The notes under the pieces: model-generated | Seen by the model: the letters and a program-made list of their open reading frames with translations, nothing else | Databases searched by the model: none | What the model was told of the DNA's origin: nothing | NCBI GenBank assembly: GCA_017620815.1 | Contig: JAGAUI010000035.1 | Span: forward strand, 11,632-75,631 | From: Flavobacteriales bacterium | Lineage (GTDB): Bacteria; Bacteroidota; Bacteroidia; Flavobacteriales; UBA1820 | Direction: 5' to 3' | DNA length: 64,000 nucleotides | In this document: positions 29,466-38,668 of the stretch, one piece after another | Layout of the letters: every line of letters starts with the position of its first letter | How positions within the stretch are numbered: position 1 is the stretch's first letter | Position numbers and translations under genes: made by a program

Positions 29466-29501
29466 AAAAACCGCCCCGTCCATAGGACGGGGCGGTTTTT
29501 T
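29466..29501 (-). terminator. Terminator downstream of tRNA-Leu (structurally bidirectional)
   Basis: Hairpin ccgccccgtcc-ata-ggacggggcgg flanked by an A-run and a T-run. Confidence 0.75.
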
Positions 29502-29506
29502 ATGGG

Positions 29507-29588
29507 TGCCTCAGACCGGACTCGAACCAGCACACCCTGAAGGCACATGCACCTGAAGCATGCGTGTCTACCATTTCACCACTGAGGC
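29507..29588 (-). tRNA. tRNA-Leu (anticodon CAG)
   Basis: Manual cloverleaf: acceptor GCCTCAG/CTGAGGC, anticodon stem CATGC/GCATG with loop TTCAGGT, a long variable arm, and T-loop TTCGAGT. Confidence 0.9.
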
Positions 29589-29601
29589 TCTTTATGATGG
29601 G

Positions 29602-29609
29602 CAAATATA
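29602..29609 (-). promoter_or_regulatory. -7 promoter box (TATATTTG) for tRNA-Leu
   Basis: The reverse complement of caaatata matches TAnnTTTG. It ends 13 nt upstream of the tRNA 5' end. Confidence 0.5.
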
Positions 29610-29720
29610 AAACGATTTTCCATAAAAATATCCTATGTGGATTTAATTTTTTTAAAAACTTGCACCGTCTTGATGATTTTTTATAAAATGTGTAAAAAAC
29701 GTGAAAAGTATGTGGTGTTA

Positions 29721-29751
29721 TTTGGAAAATAAAATTTAATCCTTACATTTG
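29721..29751 (+). promoter_or_regulatory. his operon promoter (TTTG -33 element, 19-nt spacer, TACATTTG -7 box)
   Basis: TTTG at 29721-29724 and TACATTTG at 29744-29751. The leader ATG follows at 29772. Confidence 0.6.
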
Positions 29752-29771
29752 TGGCGTAAAAAGATAGAAAA

Positions 29772-29834
29772 ATGAAAAACATACTCCTGCATCATACACA
29801 TCATATATATATAATTGCCACCACGGCAAAATGA
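29772..29834 (+). CDS. hisL: his operon leader peptide (20 codons, MKNILLHHTHHIYIIATTAK)
   Basis: Four His codons among five consecutive codons (cat cat aca cat cat). The ORF lies between the promoter and an intrinsic terminator directly upstream of hisG. It is below the 60-aa cutoff of the ORF track. Confidence 0.7.
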   Translation: MKNILLHHTHHIYIIATTAK

Positions 29835-29866
29835 TGTCTTATGTAGTAGAGTAAAATATAAGAATC

Positions 29867-29897
29867 GGCTGTGGTGATACCGCAGCTTATTTTTTTA
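29867..29897 (+). terminator. his attenuator terminator
   Basis: Stem gctgtgg / ccgcagc (one G-U pair) with loop tgata, followed by ttattttttt, 17 nt before the hisG ATG. Its 5' arm can instead pair with 29819-29827 as an antiterminator. Confidence 0.65.
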
Positions 29898-29913
29898 TAA
29901 AAAACATTAAAAG

Positions 29914-30771
29914 ATGAAAAAACTTAAAATAGCTATCCAGAAATCTGGTCGCCTCAACGAAGACTCATTACGCCTGCTCAAAGACTGTGGAATATCTATC
30001 TCCAACGGAGCCGATAGCCTTATGGCTTACTCCCCCGATTTTCCCATAGAAATACTCTATTTGCGGAATTCAGATATCCCTCAATATGTACGTGATGGCG
30101 TAGCCGATGTGGCTATCATTGGCTCCAATACCGAATATGAAAAAAATACCGGCAATCGTATAGTGATGTCATTGGGTTTTTCACGTTGCCGAGTGTCATT
30201 GGCAGTGCCTCGTGATGTGCAGTATAATGGGCCAGAGTATTTCAATGGGAAGAAAATAGCTACCTCTTATCCTCGTACATTGCAGGTTTTCCTAGATGAA
30301 AAAGGCATAGACGCACAGATACACTGTATATCGGGTTCGGTGGAGATAGCTCCTAGCATAGGACTGGCCGATGGTATATGTGATATAGTGAGTTCGGGAA
30401 GTACGCTCCTTAAAAATGGCCTAAAAGAAACAGACCGTGTACTAGAGTCCGAGGCTGTGCTGGTGGCTTCGCCTATATTGGAAGATGAAAAACAGTGCCT
30501 GCTGGATAATTTGGTCTTCCGTATAAAATCTGTGCTTTCTGCCCGCAATAACAAATACATAATGCTCAATGCCCCTGCTAGCTCACTAGAGGAGATATGT
30601 GGTATTTTGCCCGGGAAAAAGAGCCCAACTATTATGCCTTTGCAGAAGGAAGGGTGGGTGTCTATACATTCGGTGGTGAGTGAAAGTAAGTTCTGGGAGG
30701 TTATAGGTCGCCTTAAAGAGGCAGGTGCCGAAGATATACTCGTATTGCCAATAGAAAAAATGATATTCTGA
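29914..30771 (+). CDS. hisG: ATP phosphoribosyltransferase, long form
   Basis: 285 aa with a C-terminal regulatory domain and the DIVSSGSTL motif. Confidence 0.95.
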   Translation: MKKLKIAIQKSGRLNEDSLRLLKDCGISISNGADSLMAYSPDFPIEILYLRNSDIPQYVRDGVADVAIIGSNTEYEKNTGNRIVMSLGFSRCRVSLAVPRDVQYNGPEYFNGKKIATSYPRTLQVFLDEKGIDAQIHCISGSVEIAPSIGLADGICDIVSSGSTLLKNGLKETDRVLESEAVLVASPILEDEKQCLLDNLVFRIKSVLSARNNKYIMLNAPASSLEEICGILPGKKSPTIMPLQKEGWVSIHSVVSESKFWEVIGRLKEAGAEDILVLPIEKMIF

Positions 30772-30772
30772 T

Positions 30773-32056
30773 ATGGAAACTGTATTGTATCCGCCACTAG
30801 AGGATTGGGATAAACTATGCAAACGAACATCTATAAATCTTGAAAAGATAGAGATGGTATGTCGTGAGGTTTTTGATGAGGTGAGTCGTGATGGTGATAA
30901 GGCACTATCCCGTTATACCGAACTATATGACAGGGTAAAAATAGATGATTTTGCAGTGAGTGATGAGGAAAAGGCAGCCTGTGGAGATAAAGTGCCAGAA
31001 GAGCTTAAACGTGCTATCCTCACTGCCAAAGCCAATATAGAAAAATTCCATCGTTCACAGCTCTATACCCCTACACCCATAGAAACATCACAGGGAGTAT
31101 GTTGCCGTCAAGAAATACGTCCTATAAGTCGTGTGGGACTTTATATCCCTGGAGGTCAAGCTCCGCTTTTCTCTACTGTTCTTATGCTGGCAGTGCCAGC
31201 TAGCGTTGCAGGTTGTAGTGAGGTGGTGTTATGTTCTCCCCCCAATGCTAGTGGAGAGATAAATCCTATCGTTCTATGGACGGCAATAGAATGTGGGGTG
31301 AAAAAGATATACAAGGTAGGCGGCACACAAGCCATAGCTGCTATGACATTGGGAACAGAGACTATTCCTAGTGTTTATAAGATATTTGGCCCGGGAAACC
31401 AATATGTAATGGCTGCCAAACAACTGGCACAACGTTATGGAGTGGCAATAGATATGCCAGCAGGCCCATCGGAAGTGATGGTAGTGGCAGACGATACAGC
31501 ACGAGCCAAATATGTAGCTGCCGATATGCTATCACAGGCAGAACACGGCCCCGATAGCCAGTCTATACTCGCTACGTCTAGTAAAAGACTAGCAAGTGAA
31601 GTGGAAAAAGAGGTAGAACGTCAGTTGGCGTTGCTCCCACGCCGAGAAGTGGCGATAAAATCATTGTTGCATTCCAGAATAGTTGTACTTGAAGATGTGT
31701 CACAGTGCATAGCCTTCTCCAATGCTTATGCTCCAGAACACCTCATATTGAGTGTGGAGAGTCCCGAAGAGTGGGTAGAGAAGATAAGCGATGCAGGGTC
31801 GGTATTTATGGGACATTATACACCAGAGAGTGCGGGTGACTATGCCTCAGGGACCAATCATACTTTGCCTACAAGCTCCTATGCTAGAACTTACAGCGGG
31901 GTAAACATGGACGCATTTGTAAAAAAGATAACATTTCAATCCATCTCTCGTGAAGGCTTAAAAAACCTTTCTTCTACCATAATGACCATGGCACAGAACG
32001 AATGTCTAGATGCTCACAGCCGTGCGGTGTCTATAAGACTGGAAGATGATAATTAA
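30773..32056 (+). CDS. hisD: Histidinol dehydrogenase
   Basis: Characteristic QAEHGPDS and APEHL motifs, 427 aa. Confidence 0.96.
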   Translation: METVLYPPLEDWDKLCKRTSINLEKIEMVCREVFDEVSRDGDKALSRYTELYDRVKIDDFAVSDEEKAACGDKVPEELKRAILTAKANIEKFHRSQLYTPTPIETSQGVCCRQEIRPISRVGLYIPGGQAPLFSTVLMLAVPASVAGCSEVVLCSPPNASGEINPIVLWTAIECGVKKIYKVGGTQAIAAMTLGTETIPSVYKIFGPGNQYVMAAKQLAQRYGVAIDMPAGPSEVMVVADDTARAKYVAADMLSQAEHGPDSQSILATSSKRLASEVEKEVERQLALLPRREVAIKSLLHSRIVVLEDVSQCIAFSNAYAPEHLILSVESPEEWVEKISDAGSVFMGHYTPESAGDYASGTNHTLPTSSYARTYSGVNMDAFVKKITFQSISREGLKNLSSTIMTMAQNECLDAHSRAVSIRLEDDN

Positions 32057-32062
32057 AAACGT

Positions 32063-33121
32063 ATGACGATGAAATTTTCTATAAAAGATATCCTAAGACC
32101 AAATATAGCATCTCTTGCTCCTTATTCCTGTGCTAGAGATGAGTATGATGGAGATGATGCTACTTTTCTGGATGCCAATGAAAATCCCTATGATACGGGT
32201 TATAACCGCTATCCCGACCCTATGCAGCGAGAACTTAAAAAACGTATATCGGCTATCAAGGCTGTGGGGGAGGACATGATACTGCTAGGCAATGGCTCTG
32301 ATGAGATAATAGATATACTCATACGCAGTGTATGTCGTCCATCGGGAGTGGATAATGTAGTTACATTTATTCCGGGGTATTCTATGTATGATGTAAGTGC
32401 TCATATAAACGATGTAGAGGTGCGTTCTATATCTCTTACACCTTCTTTTATGCCAGATATAGAGAGATATTGGCAGGTGGCAGATGGCAATACCCGCCTC
32501 ACGTTTATATGCACTCCTCACAACCCGATAGGAACGGCTGTGCCTCTGGAAGATATAGAACTACTATGTAGCAAATCAAAAGGACTGATAGTCGTGGACG
32601 AGGCATATATAGATTTTTCTTCTATACCTTCGGCGGTTACACTTCTGGATAAATATCCCAATCTGGTAATTCTTCAGACTCTTTCCAAATCTTGGGGTAT
32701 GGCTGGATTGCGTCTAGGTATGTGTTTTGCTTCGAGAGAGATAATAGCCGTGCTCAATAAGGTCAAAGCTCCATATAATATATCTAGTGAAACACAGAAA
32801 ATAGCACTCTCTCTGCTTAATGATGTGAAGGCGTATGAGGAGCGTAAAAATGAAATTTTAAGAGAGCGAGAAAGACTTTTGGCAGAACTTGAAAAGATGA
32901 GTATCTTTACACACGTCTATGCTTCGCAGGGTAATTTCATACTTGTGAGAAGTAATCATTGTGATGAAATTTATAAATATCTGGTAGATAATAAAGTGGT
33001 AGTCCGCAAACGAGATATACCTCCTCTTATAGGTGGCGGCATACGTATAACGGTGGGAACGCCACAGGAAAATGACCTGCTTATAGACCTACTCATAAAA
33101 TATAATACAAGCGTAGAATAA
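32063..33121 (+). CDS. hisC: Histidinol-phosphate aminotransferase
   Basis: Class II aminotransferase with PLP-Lys context TLSKSWGMAGLRLG. Confidence 0.93.
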   Translation: MTMKFSIKDILRPNIASLAPYSCARDEYDGDDATFLDANENPYDTGYNRYPDPMQRELKKRISAIKAVGEDMILLGNGSDEIIDILIRSVCRPSGVDNVVTFIPGYSMYDVSAHINDVEVRSISLTPSFMPDIERYWQVADGNTRLTFICTPHNPIGTAVPLEDIELLCSKSKGLIVVDEAYIDFSSIPSAVTLLDKYPNLVILQTLSKSWGMAGLRLGMCFASREIIAVLNKVKAPYNISSETQKIALSLLNDVKAYEERKNEILRERERLLAELEKMSIFTHVYASQGNFILVRSNHCDEIYKYLVDNKVVVRKRDIPPLIGGGIRITVGTPQENDLLIDLLIKYNTSVE

Positions 33122-34218
33122 TGAAGAAAAAGATACTATTCATAGACCGTGATGGTACCATTATAAAAGAACCTCCAGTGGACTACCAAGTAGATAGTCT
33201 GGAGAAGTTGGAGTTTGTACCGGGTGTCATTACAGCCCTTTCGTCTGTCCTTAAGGCGACAGATTATCGTCTGGTTATGGTCTCCAACCAAGACGGACTG
33301 GGTACAGAATCTTTTCCTATGGAGGATTTTATACCTCCTCATAGCCGTATGATATCTACACTGGAAGGCGAAGGTATTACGTTTGATGAAGAGCTTATAG
33401 ACCCATCGTTCCCACATGAGAATAGTCCTCGCCGTAAACCTAGAACAGGTATGGTAGAAAAGTATCTTAATGATACTCTGGATTATGCGGCATCTTATGT
33501 CATAGGAGACCGAGCTACCGATATGGCTCTTGCTGCCAATATGGGTATAAAGGGAATACGTTTATGTGATAAAGGGGGTGATGAGCAGAATGGTTTTTAT
33601 GCGTTTGATAATTGGGGGGATATAGCAAAATTCCTCATAAGGGGCTCTCGTACAGCTTATCATAGTAGAACCACATCTGAAACAGATATTTATGTAGCTG
33701 TAGATTTAAATGGTAGTGGGAAAGGCGATATACATACAGGGTTGGGATTTTTTGACCATATGCTATCACAGATTCCTCATCATGCAGGTATAGACCTTAC
33801 GGTGCGAGTCAAGGGGGATTTACATGTGGATGAACACCATACGATAGAAGATACCGCATTGGCATTGGGAGAGTGCATATCTAGTGCATTGGGTAGTAAG
33901 AAGGGCATAGAACGCTATGGTTTTTCGTTGCCAATGGATGAGGCTAGCTCTACCGTATTGCTGGATTTTTCGGGACGTGTACATTTGGAGTGGGACGCCA
34001 CATTCTCCCGCGAATATGTGGGTGATTTCCCTACCGAGATGACTCGCCATTTCTTTGAATCTTTCTGTAACTCTTCGGGAGCCAATATGCATGTGATGGC
34101 ACGGGGAGAAAACACCCATCATGTGATAGAAGCCATATTCAAGGCGTTTGCTAGAGCTATAAAAATGGCTGTGCGTGTAACAGGAGGAGGAATCCCATCA
34201 TCAAAAGGAATACTATAA
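33121..34218 (+). CDS. hisB: Bifunctional histidinol-phosphatase / imidazoleglycerol-phosphate dehydratase
   Basis: N-terminal HAD motif FIDRDGT. C-terminal IGPD motifs DEHHTIEDTALALG and HHVIEAIFKAFARA. Confidence 0.95.
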   Translation: MKKKILFIDRDGTIIKEPPVDYQVDSLEKLEFVPGVITALSSVLKATDYRLVMVSNQDGLGTESFPMEDFIPPHSRMISTLEGEGITFDEELIDPSFPHENSPRRKPRTGMVEKYLNDTLDYAASYVIGDRATDMALAANMGIKGIRLCDKGGDEQNGFYAFDNWGDIAKFLIRGSRTAYHSRTTSETDIYVAVDLNGSGKGDIHTGLGFFDHMLSQIPHHAGIDLTVRVKGDLHVDEHHTIEDTALALGECISSALGSKKGIERYGFSLPMDEASSTVLLDFSGRVHLEWDATFSREYVGDFPTEMTRHFFESFCNSSGANMHVMARGENTHHVIEAIFKAFARAIKMAVRVTGGGIPSSKGIL

Positions 34219-34802
34219 TGAAGATAGTTATCATAGATTACGGAGCAGGTAATGTTTTTTCTGTCTCTACAGCCATAGAACGTTTGGGTTATAAGGCTGT
34301 ACTGTCTAGCGATATAAATGAAATCCTCACTGCCGACCGAGTCATCTTCCCTGGGGTGGGACAGGCATCATCGGCACTTGAAGAACTTAAGAAAAGAGGA
34401 TTGGATAAAATACTTCCTACCCTTAAAGTACCTGTGTTGGGTATATGTCTAGGTATGCAGATGATGTGTGCCCATAGCCAAGAAGGTGGAGGAGCAGAAG
34501 GTCTAGGTATATTTCCTATGGCGGTACGGCGTTTTGAAGGAGAGGAAAAGATTCCGCATATGGGTTGGAATGATATATATGGATTGGACTCGCCTATAAT
34601 GGAAGGAGTAGATGAAAGCAAGGTATATTTTGTACATTCCTACTATGTAGATGTGGACGAAAGATATACTATAGCACGTTGTGATTATATGGGAGAGTTT
34701 TCGGCAGCTATAAAGAAAGATAATTTCTATGGTGTGCAGTTTCATCCAGAAAAATCTGCCGAAATAGGAGAGAGAATAATAAGAAATTTTATCAATCTAT
34801 GA
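34218..34802 (+). CDS. hisH: Imidazole glycerol phosphate synthase, glutaminase subunit
   Basis: GATase-1 nucleophile elbow GICLGMQ and C-terminal FHPEKS. Confidence 0.95.
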   Translation: MKIVIIDYGAGNVFSVSTAIERLGYKAVLSSDINEILTADRVIFPGVGQASSALEELKKRGLDKILPTLKVPVLGICLGMQMMCAHSQEGGGAEGLGIFPMAVRRFEGEEKIPHMGWNDIYGLDSPIMEGVDESKVYFVHSYYVDVDERYTIARCDYMGEFSAAIKKDNFYGVQFHPEKSAEIGERIIRNFINL

Positions 34803-35518
34803 AGATAATACCAGCCATAGATGTGATAGGAGGTAAATGTGTGAGACTATCACAAGGAGATTATGACCGTGTTAAGACATATGGTATCCCTAGAGATATG
34901 GCTCTAGAGTATGCCAATGTAGGATTTACGCGTCTTCATGTGGTGGATTTAGACGGGGCAAAAGATTCTCATATAGTCAATATAGACACCATACGTGAAG
35001 TATGTGCCGCAGCATCTAGTATAAAGGTAGATGTTTCTGGGGGCATAAAAAGTGACGAAGATGTAGAACGTGCATTTGCAGCGGGGGCGGCGTATGTTAC
35101 TATAGGAAGTCTGGCATATAGCGATACAGAAAAAGTGAAAAATTGGATAAAACGCTATGGAGCAGACCGTATCATCATAGGAGCCGATGTAAAAGATGGT
35201 TATATATGTACACATGGTTGGAAGTGTGTTACCTCTACCACTATATATGAACTTATAGAGCGTTATGATGGTATGATAAAGCGTGTGATGTGTACCGATA
35301 TTTCCCGTGATGGTATGTTGGAGGGAGCCTCAACGGCTCTATATGTAGAACTTAAAAAACGTTATCCTCATATCACTTTTATAGCCTCTGGCGGTGTGGG
35401 GAGCAAGCAGGATTTGGACGAACTGAAAGATGCAGGCGTGAGCGAAGTGATAGTAGGCAAGGCTATCTATGAAGGTAGAATATCACTTGACACCCTCATG
35501 GCGTATGATGATAAATAA
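34799..35518 (+). CDS. hisA: ProFAR isomerase
   Basis: IIPAIDVIGGKCVRL N-terminus, TIM-barrel HisA/HisF family, overlaps hisH by 4 nt. Confidence 0.95.
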   Translation: MKIIPAIDVIGGKCVRLSQGDYDRVKTYGIPRDMALEYANVGFTRLHVVDLDGAKDSHIVNIDTIREVCAAASSIKVDVSGGIKSDEDVERAFAAGAAYVTIGSLAYSDTEKVKNWIKRYGADRIIIGADVKDGYICTHGWKCVTSTTIYELIERYDGMIKRVMCTDISRDGMLEGASTALYVELKKRYPHITFIASGGVGSKQDLDELKDAGVSEVIVGKAIYEGRISLDTLMAYDDK

Positions 35519-35527
35519 TAGATAATT

Positions 35528-36286
35528 ATGCTGTCAAAAAGAATAATACCTTGTCTTGATGTCAAAGATGGACGCACTGTAAAAGGTACCAATTTTGTGA
35601 ACCTGAGGGATGCGGGTGATATAGTGGAACTTGCTTTGAGGTATTGTGAGCAAGGTGCAGACGAACTCGTGTTCCTAGATATAGCTGCTAGTAGTGATAA
35701 TCGTGCTACCCGTAGAGAATGGGTGAAAAATATCTCTCGTGCTATAAACATACCTTTTACCGTAGGTGGAGGCATATCCAGTGTGAGAGATGTAGAACTT
35801 CTCATGGAGTGTGGTGCCGACAAAATCTCTATAAATTCGGCGGCATTGGCACGACCAGAACTTATAAGCGAATTGTCCTATGCCTTTGGTGCTCAATGTG
35901 TCGTAGTCGCAGTAGATGCTCGTAAGGAAAAGGACGGGCATTGGTACACATATGTTAAAGGCGGACGTGTATCCACGGGGATAAAACTATATGACTGGAT
36001 AAAACAAGCCTGTGATAGAGGGGCTGGAGAGATATTATTTACGTCTATGGACCATGACGGTACACATAGTGGATATGCTCTAGAGCCTCTGTCTGTCATA
36101 ACAAAGATGGTAGATGTGCCTGTAATAGCATCGGGAGGAGCAGGTAAGGTAGAGGATTTCTATGATGCGTTTGCTATAGGGGGAGTTCAGGCGGCTCTTG
36201 CAGCAGGGCTATTCCATTTTGGACAGCTAACCATTCCACAGGTAAAACAATACCTTAAAGACAAAGGCATAGAAATAAGACTTTAA
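35528..36286 (+). CDS. hisF: Imidazole glycerol phosphate synthase, cyclase subunit
   Basis: RIIPCLDVKDGRTVKG and FTVGGGI motifs. Confidence 0.96.
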   Translation: MLSKRIIPCLDVKDGRTVKGTNFVNLRDAGDIVELALRYCEQGADELVFLDIAASSDNRATRREWVKNISRAINIPFTVGGGISSVRDVELLMECGADKISINSAALARPELISELSYAFGAQCVVVAVDARKEKDGHWYTYVKGGRVSTGIKLYDWIKQACDRGAGEILFTSMDHDGTHSGYALEPLSVITKMVDVPVIASGGAGKVEDFYDAFAIGGVQAALAAGLFHFGQLTIPQVKQYLKDKGIEIRL

Positions 36287-36298
36287 AAATATATAGAT

Positions 36299-36919
36299 AT
36301 GAAAAACATCAAATGTCCAGACGTCAATACACTTGCATTTGACCAAAATGGACTTATCCCTGCCATAGTGCAGGACGCAACTACTCGTATGGTGCTTATG
36401 CAAGCATACATGAGCCGAGAGTCATATGAAAAAACTAGAGAACTAGGATTGGCAACATTTTATTCTCGTTCCAGAGGTAGGCTATGGACCAAAGGTGAGG
36501 AGAGTGGGCATCTCTTGCATGTGTGTGAGATACTATCAGACTGTGATAATAATAGTCTGCTTGTAAAAGTCCACCCTGTAGGCCCTACTTGTCATAAGGG
36601 AACAGATACCTGTTGGGGGGAGGAAAATACTGCCAGTAACTTTCTTTTTTATCTGGAAAAATATCTCAATGACAGGAAAAATGATTCTCCAGAAGATTCA
36701 TACACCGCCCGCCTTATAAGCCGAGGTATAAACAAAGTAGCACAAAAGGTAGGCGAAGAAGCTGTGGAAGTAGTAATAGAAGCCAAAGACAATGACGAAG
36801 AACTCTTCCTTAATGAATGTGCAGACCTTATGTATCACTATATGGTACTTCTTATGGCAAAAGGTTACCATCTACAAGACGTAATAGAGATATTGCGTTC
36901 ACGCCATACACACAAATGA
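36299..36919 (+). CDS. hisIE: Bifunctional phosphoribosyl-AMP cyclohydrolase / phosphoribosyl-ATP pyrophosphatase
   Basis: The HisI part carries LIPAIVQD...SRSRGRLWTKGEESG. The HisE part carries KVGEEAVEVVIEA...ADLMYH. Confidence 0.95.
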   Translation: MKNIKCPDVNTLAFDQNGLIPAIVQDATTRMVLMQAYMSRESYEKTRELGLATFYSRSRGRLWTKGEESGHLLHVCEILSDCDNNSLLVKVHPVGPTCHKGTDTCWGEENTASNFLFYLEKYLNDRKNDSPEDSYTARLISRGINKVAQKVGEEAVEVVIEAKDNDEELFLNECADLMYHYMVLLMAKGYHLQDVIEILRSRHTHK

Positions 36920-36930
36920 TAAGCATATAA

Positions 36931-36952
36931 GCGGGGCGAAGCCCCGCTTTTT
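36931..36952 (+). terminator. his operon terminator
   Basis: Hairpin gcggggc-gaa-gccccgc followed by ttttt. Confidence 0.8.
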
Positions 36953-36955
36953 CAA

Positions 36956-36989
36956 TGAAAAAAGCCGTGCCAATGGCACGGCTTTTTTT
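36956..36989. terminator. Second, bidirectional terminator (his operon + / rplY -)
   Basis: Hairpin agccgtgcc-aa-tggcacggct flanked by A7 and T7 runs. Confidence 0.8.
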
Positions 36990-37004
36990 ATCTCACCGTA
37001 GAGA

Positions 37005-37586
37005 TTATTTTTTGCCTTCTGCAGCGGCAGCCATCTTGGCAGAGTTACGAGAAGCTTTCACGTAAGCTACCACGATGTTATCTGGTTGAAGGATTTTGTA
37101 GTTCTCCTGTGGGAGTTTACCCATAACCATTTTGTTGCCGATGTTAAGTTCTGTGATGTCAACTTCTATCACGTCTGGAAGGTTTGCAGGAAGAGCGCGT
37201 ACAGGAAGTTTGCGGTAGTTAACCACTAGCACACCACCAGCACGTACACCTACAGAATTACCTGTGATTCTCACTGGAACCTGCATAGTAACTGGTTTGT
37301 CTTCAAACAACTGTATAAAGTCTAGGTGCATGATGTTTTCAGTTACAGGGTGGAACTGAAGGTCTTGCAGAGCAGCTTTATACTGTTTGCCAGAGATTTC
37401 CAAATCTACGATAAGTGCATCTGGAGTATAAACCAAACCTTTAAGGTCTTTGGTCTCTACTGAAAAGTGTACAGGATTTTCACCACCGTAGATTACACAA
37501 GGTACGCGATCAGCATTACGCAAGGCAGTAGCAGATGCTTTACCCACGCTTTCTCTTACGAGTCCTTTTAGTGTAAATGATTTCAT
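37005..37586 (-). CDS. rplY: 50S ribosomal protein L25 / general stress protein Ctc
   Basis: L25 N-terminal fold (RESVGKASATALRNADRVPCVIYG) plus the Ctc-type C-terminal domain, 193 aa. Confidence 0.9.
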   Translation of the reverse strand: MKSFTLKGLVRESVGKASATALRNADRVPCVIYGGENPVHFSVETKDLKGLVYTPDALIVDLEISGKQYKAALQDLQFHPVTENIMHLDFIQLFEDKPVTMQVPVRITGNSVGVRAGGVLVVNYRKLPVRALPANLPDVIEVDITELNIGNKMVMGKLPQENYKILQPDNIVVAYVKASRNSAKMAAAAEGKK

Positions 37587-37611
37587 AAAATTTGATTAAA
37601 TAAAATTGTTA

Positions 37612-38556
37612 TTAAAGTATGAATTTTGCACTCAATGATGCATTGTCTTCTATCATCTTGATGGCGTCTGCCATAAGAGAAGCACAAGACAGAACTTTGA
37701 TTTTAGGAGAGTCCTTCTTAAGAGGGATGCTATCTGTTGTGATAAGTTCTGTAATTTTGGAGTTCTCTATTTTTTCATAAGCAGAACCAGAAAGTATAGG
37801 GTGTGATACCATAGCACGTACGCTACGAGCACCTCTTTCTACCATTATATCACAAGCCTTGGTAAGGGTACCGGCTGTGTCTGCCATGTCATCTACTAGC
37901 ACTATGTCTTTTCCTTCTACATCACCTATAAGACGCATGCTGTCTATAACGTTGGCTTTTTTACGTTGTTTATAGCATATAACCACATCACAGCCGAAGT
38001 ATTTGGCATAAGAGTAGGCACGTTTGCTACCTCCCATGTCTGGAGAAGCTATAACAAGGTCTTTTACCTCACCGCTATCTAGCAGGCTCTGTACATAAGG
38101 AACAAATATAGACGATGCATACAAATGGTCAACAGGTATTTCAAAGAATCCCTGTATCTGGTCTGCGTGAAGGTCCATAGTAACCACTCGTGTAGCACCC
38201 GCTGTTTCAAGCATTTTGGCGACAAGTTTGGCTCCTATTGGCACGCGAGGTTTATCTTTTCTGTCCTGGCGAGCCCAACCAAAATAAGGCATCACAGGGA
38301 TGATTTTACTAGCCGAAGCTCTTTTTGCACTATCTATCATCAGTAGAAGTTCCATAAGGTTATCGGCCGATGGGAAAGTAGAACATACTAGATAAACGTG
38401 AGAACCTCGTACAGTTTCTTCATAACAAGGCTGGAATTCGCCGTCTGAAAAACGAGAGAAAGCCACATTTCCTAGTTCTGTACCATAGGCTTGTGCTATC
38501 TTCTCTGCCAATGATTGAGAGGCAGAAGCAGCGAAGATTTTTGGCTGAGGTATCAT
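37612..38556 (-). CDS. prs: Ribose-phosphate pyrophosphokinase
   Basis: PRPP-binding loop LVDDMADTAGT and the DLHADQIQGFF motif. Confidence 0.96.
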   Translation of the reverse strand: MIPQPKIFAASASQSLAEKIAQAYGTELGNVAFSRFSDGEFQPCYEETVRGSHVYLVCSTFPSADNLMELLLMIDSAKRASASKIIPVMPYFGWARQDRKDKPRVPIGAKLVAKMLETAGATRVVTMDLHADQIQGFFEIPVDHLYASSIFVPYVQSLLDSGEVKDLVIASPDMGGSKRAYSYAKYFGCDVVICYKQRKKANVIDSMRLIGDVEGKDIVLVDDMADTAGTLTKACDIMVERGARSVRAMVSHPILSGSAYEKIENSKITELITTDSIPLKKDSPKIKVLSCASLMADAIKMIEDNASLSAKFIL

Positions 38557-38618
38557 AATTTATTATAATATATATGTTTTTAATATCGTGATGCTAGAAG
38601 TGTCCACATCTAGCCGTG

Positions 38619-38626
38619 CAAAGGTA
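38619..38626 (-). promoter_or_regulatory. -7 promoter box (TACCTTTG) for prs-rplY
   Basis: The reverse complement of caaaggta matches TAnnTTTG, about 60 nt upstream of the prs start. Confidence 0.45.
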
Positions 38627-38668
38627 CGATTTTTATCAAAATCTGTATAAAAAAGAACAATATATTTT

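Noticed and set aside
30267-30830. A 187-aa minus-strand ORF overlaps hisG and hisD.
   Set aside because: It is antisense to two well-supported his genes and has no recognisable domain.
38593-38614. An imperfect palindrome, gctagaagtgtccacatctagc, lies in the predicted prs 5' UTR.
   Set aside because: The stem is short, with an internal mismatch and a minimal loop. I can tie it to no known prs regulatory element, and it may be fortuitous.
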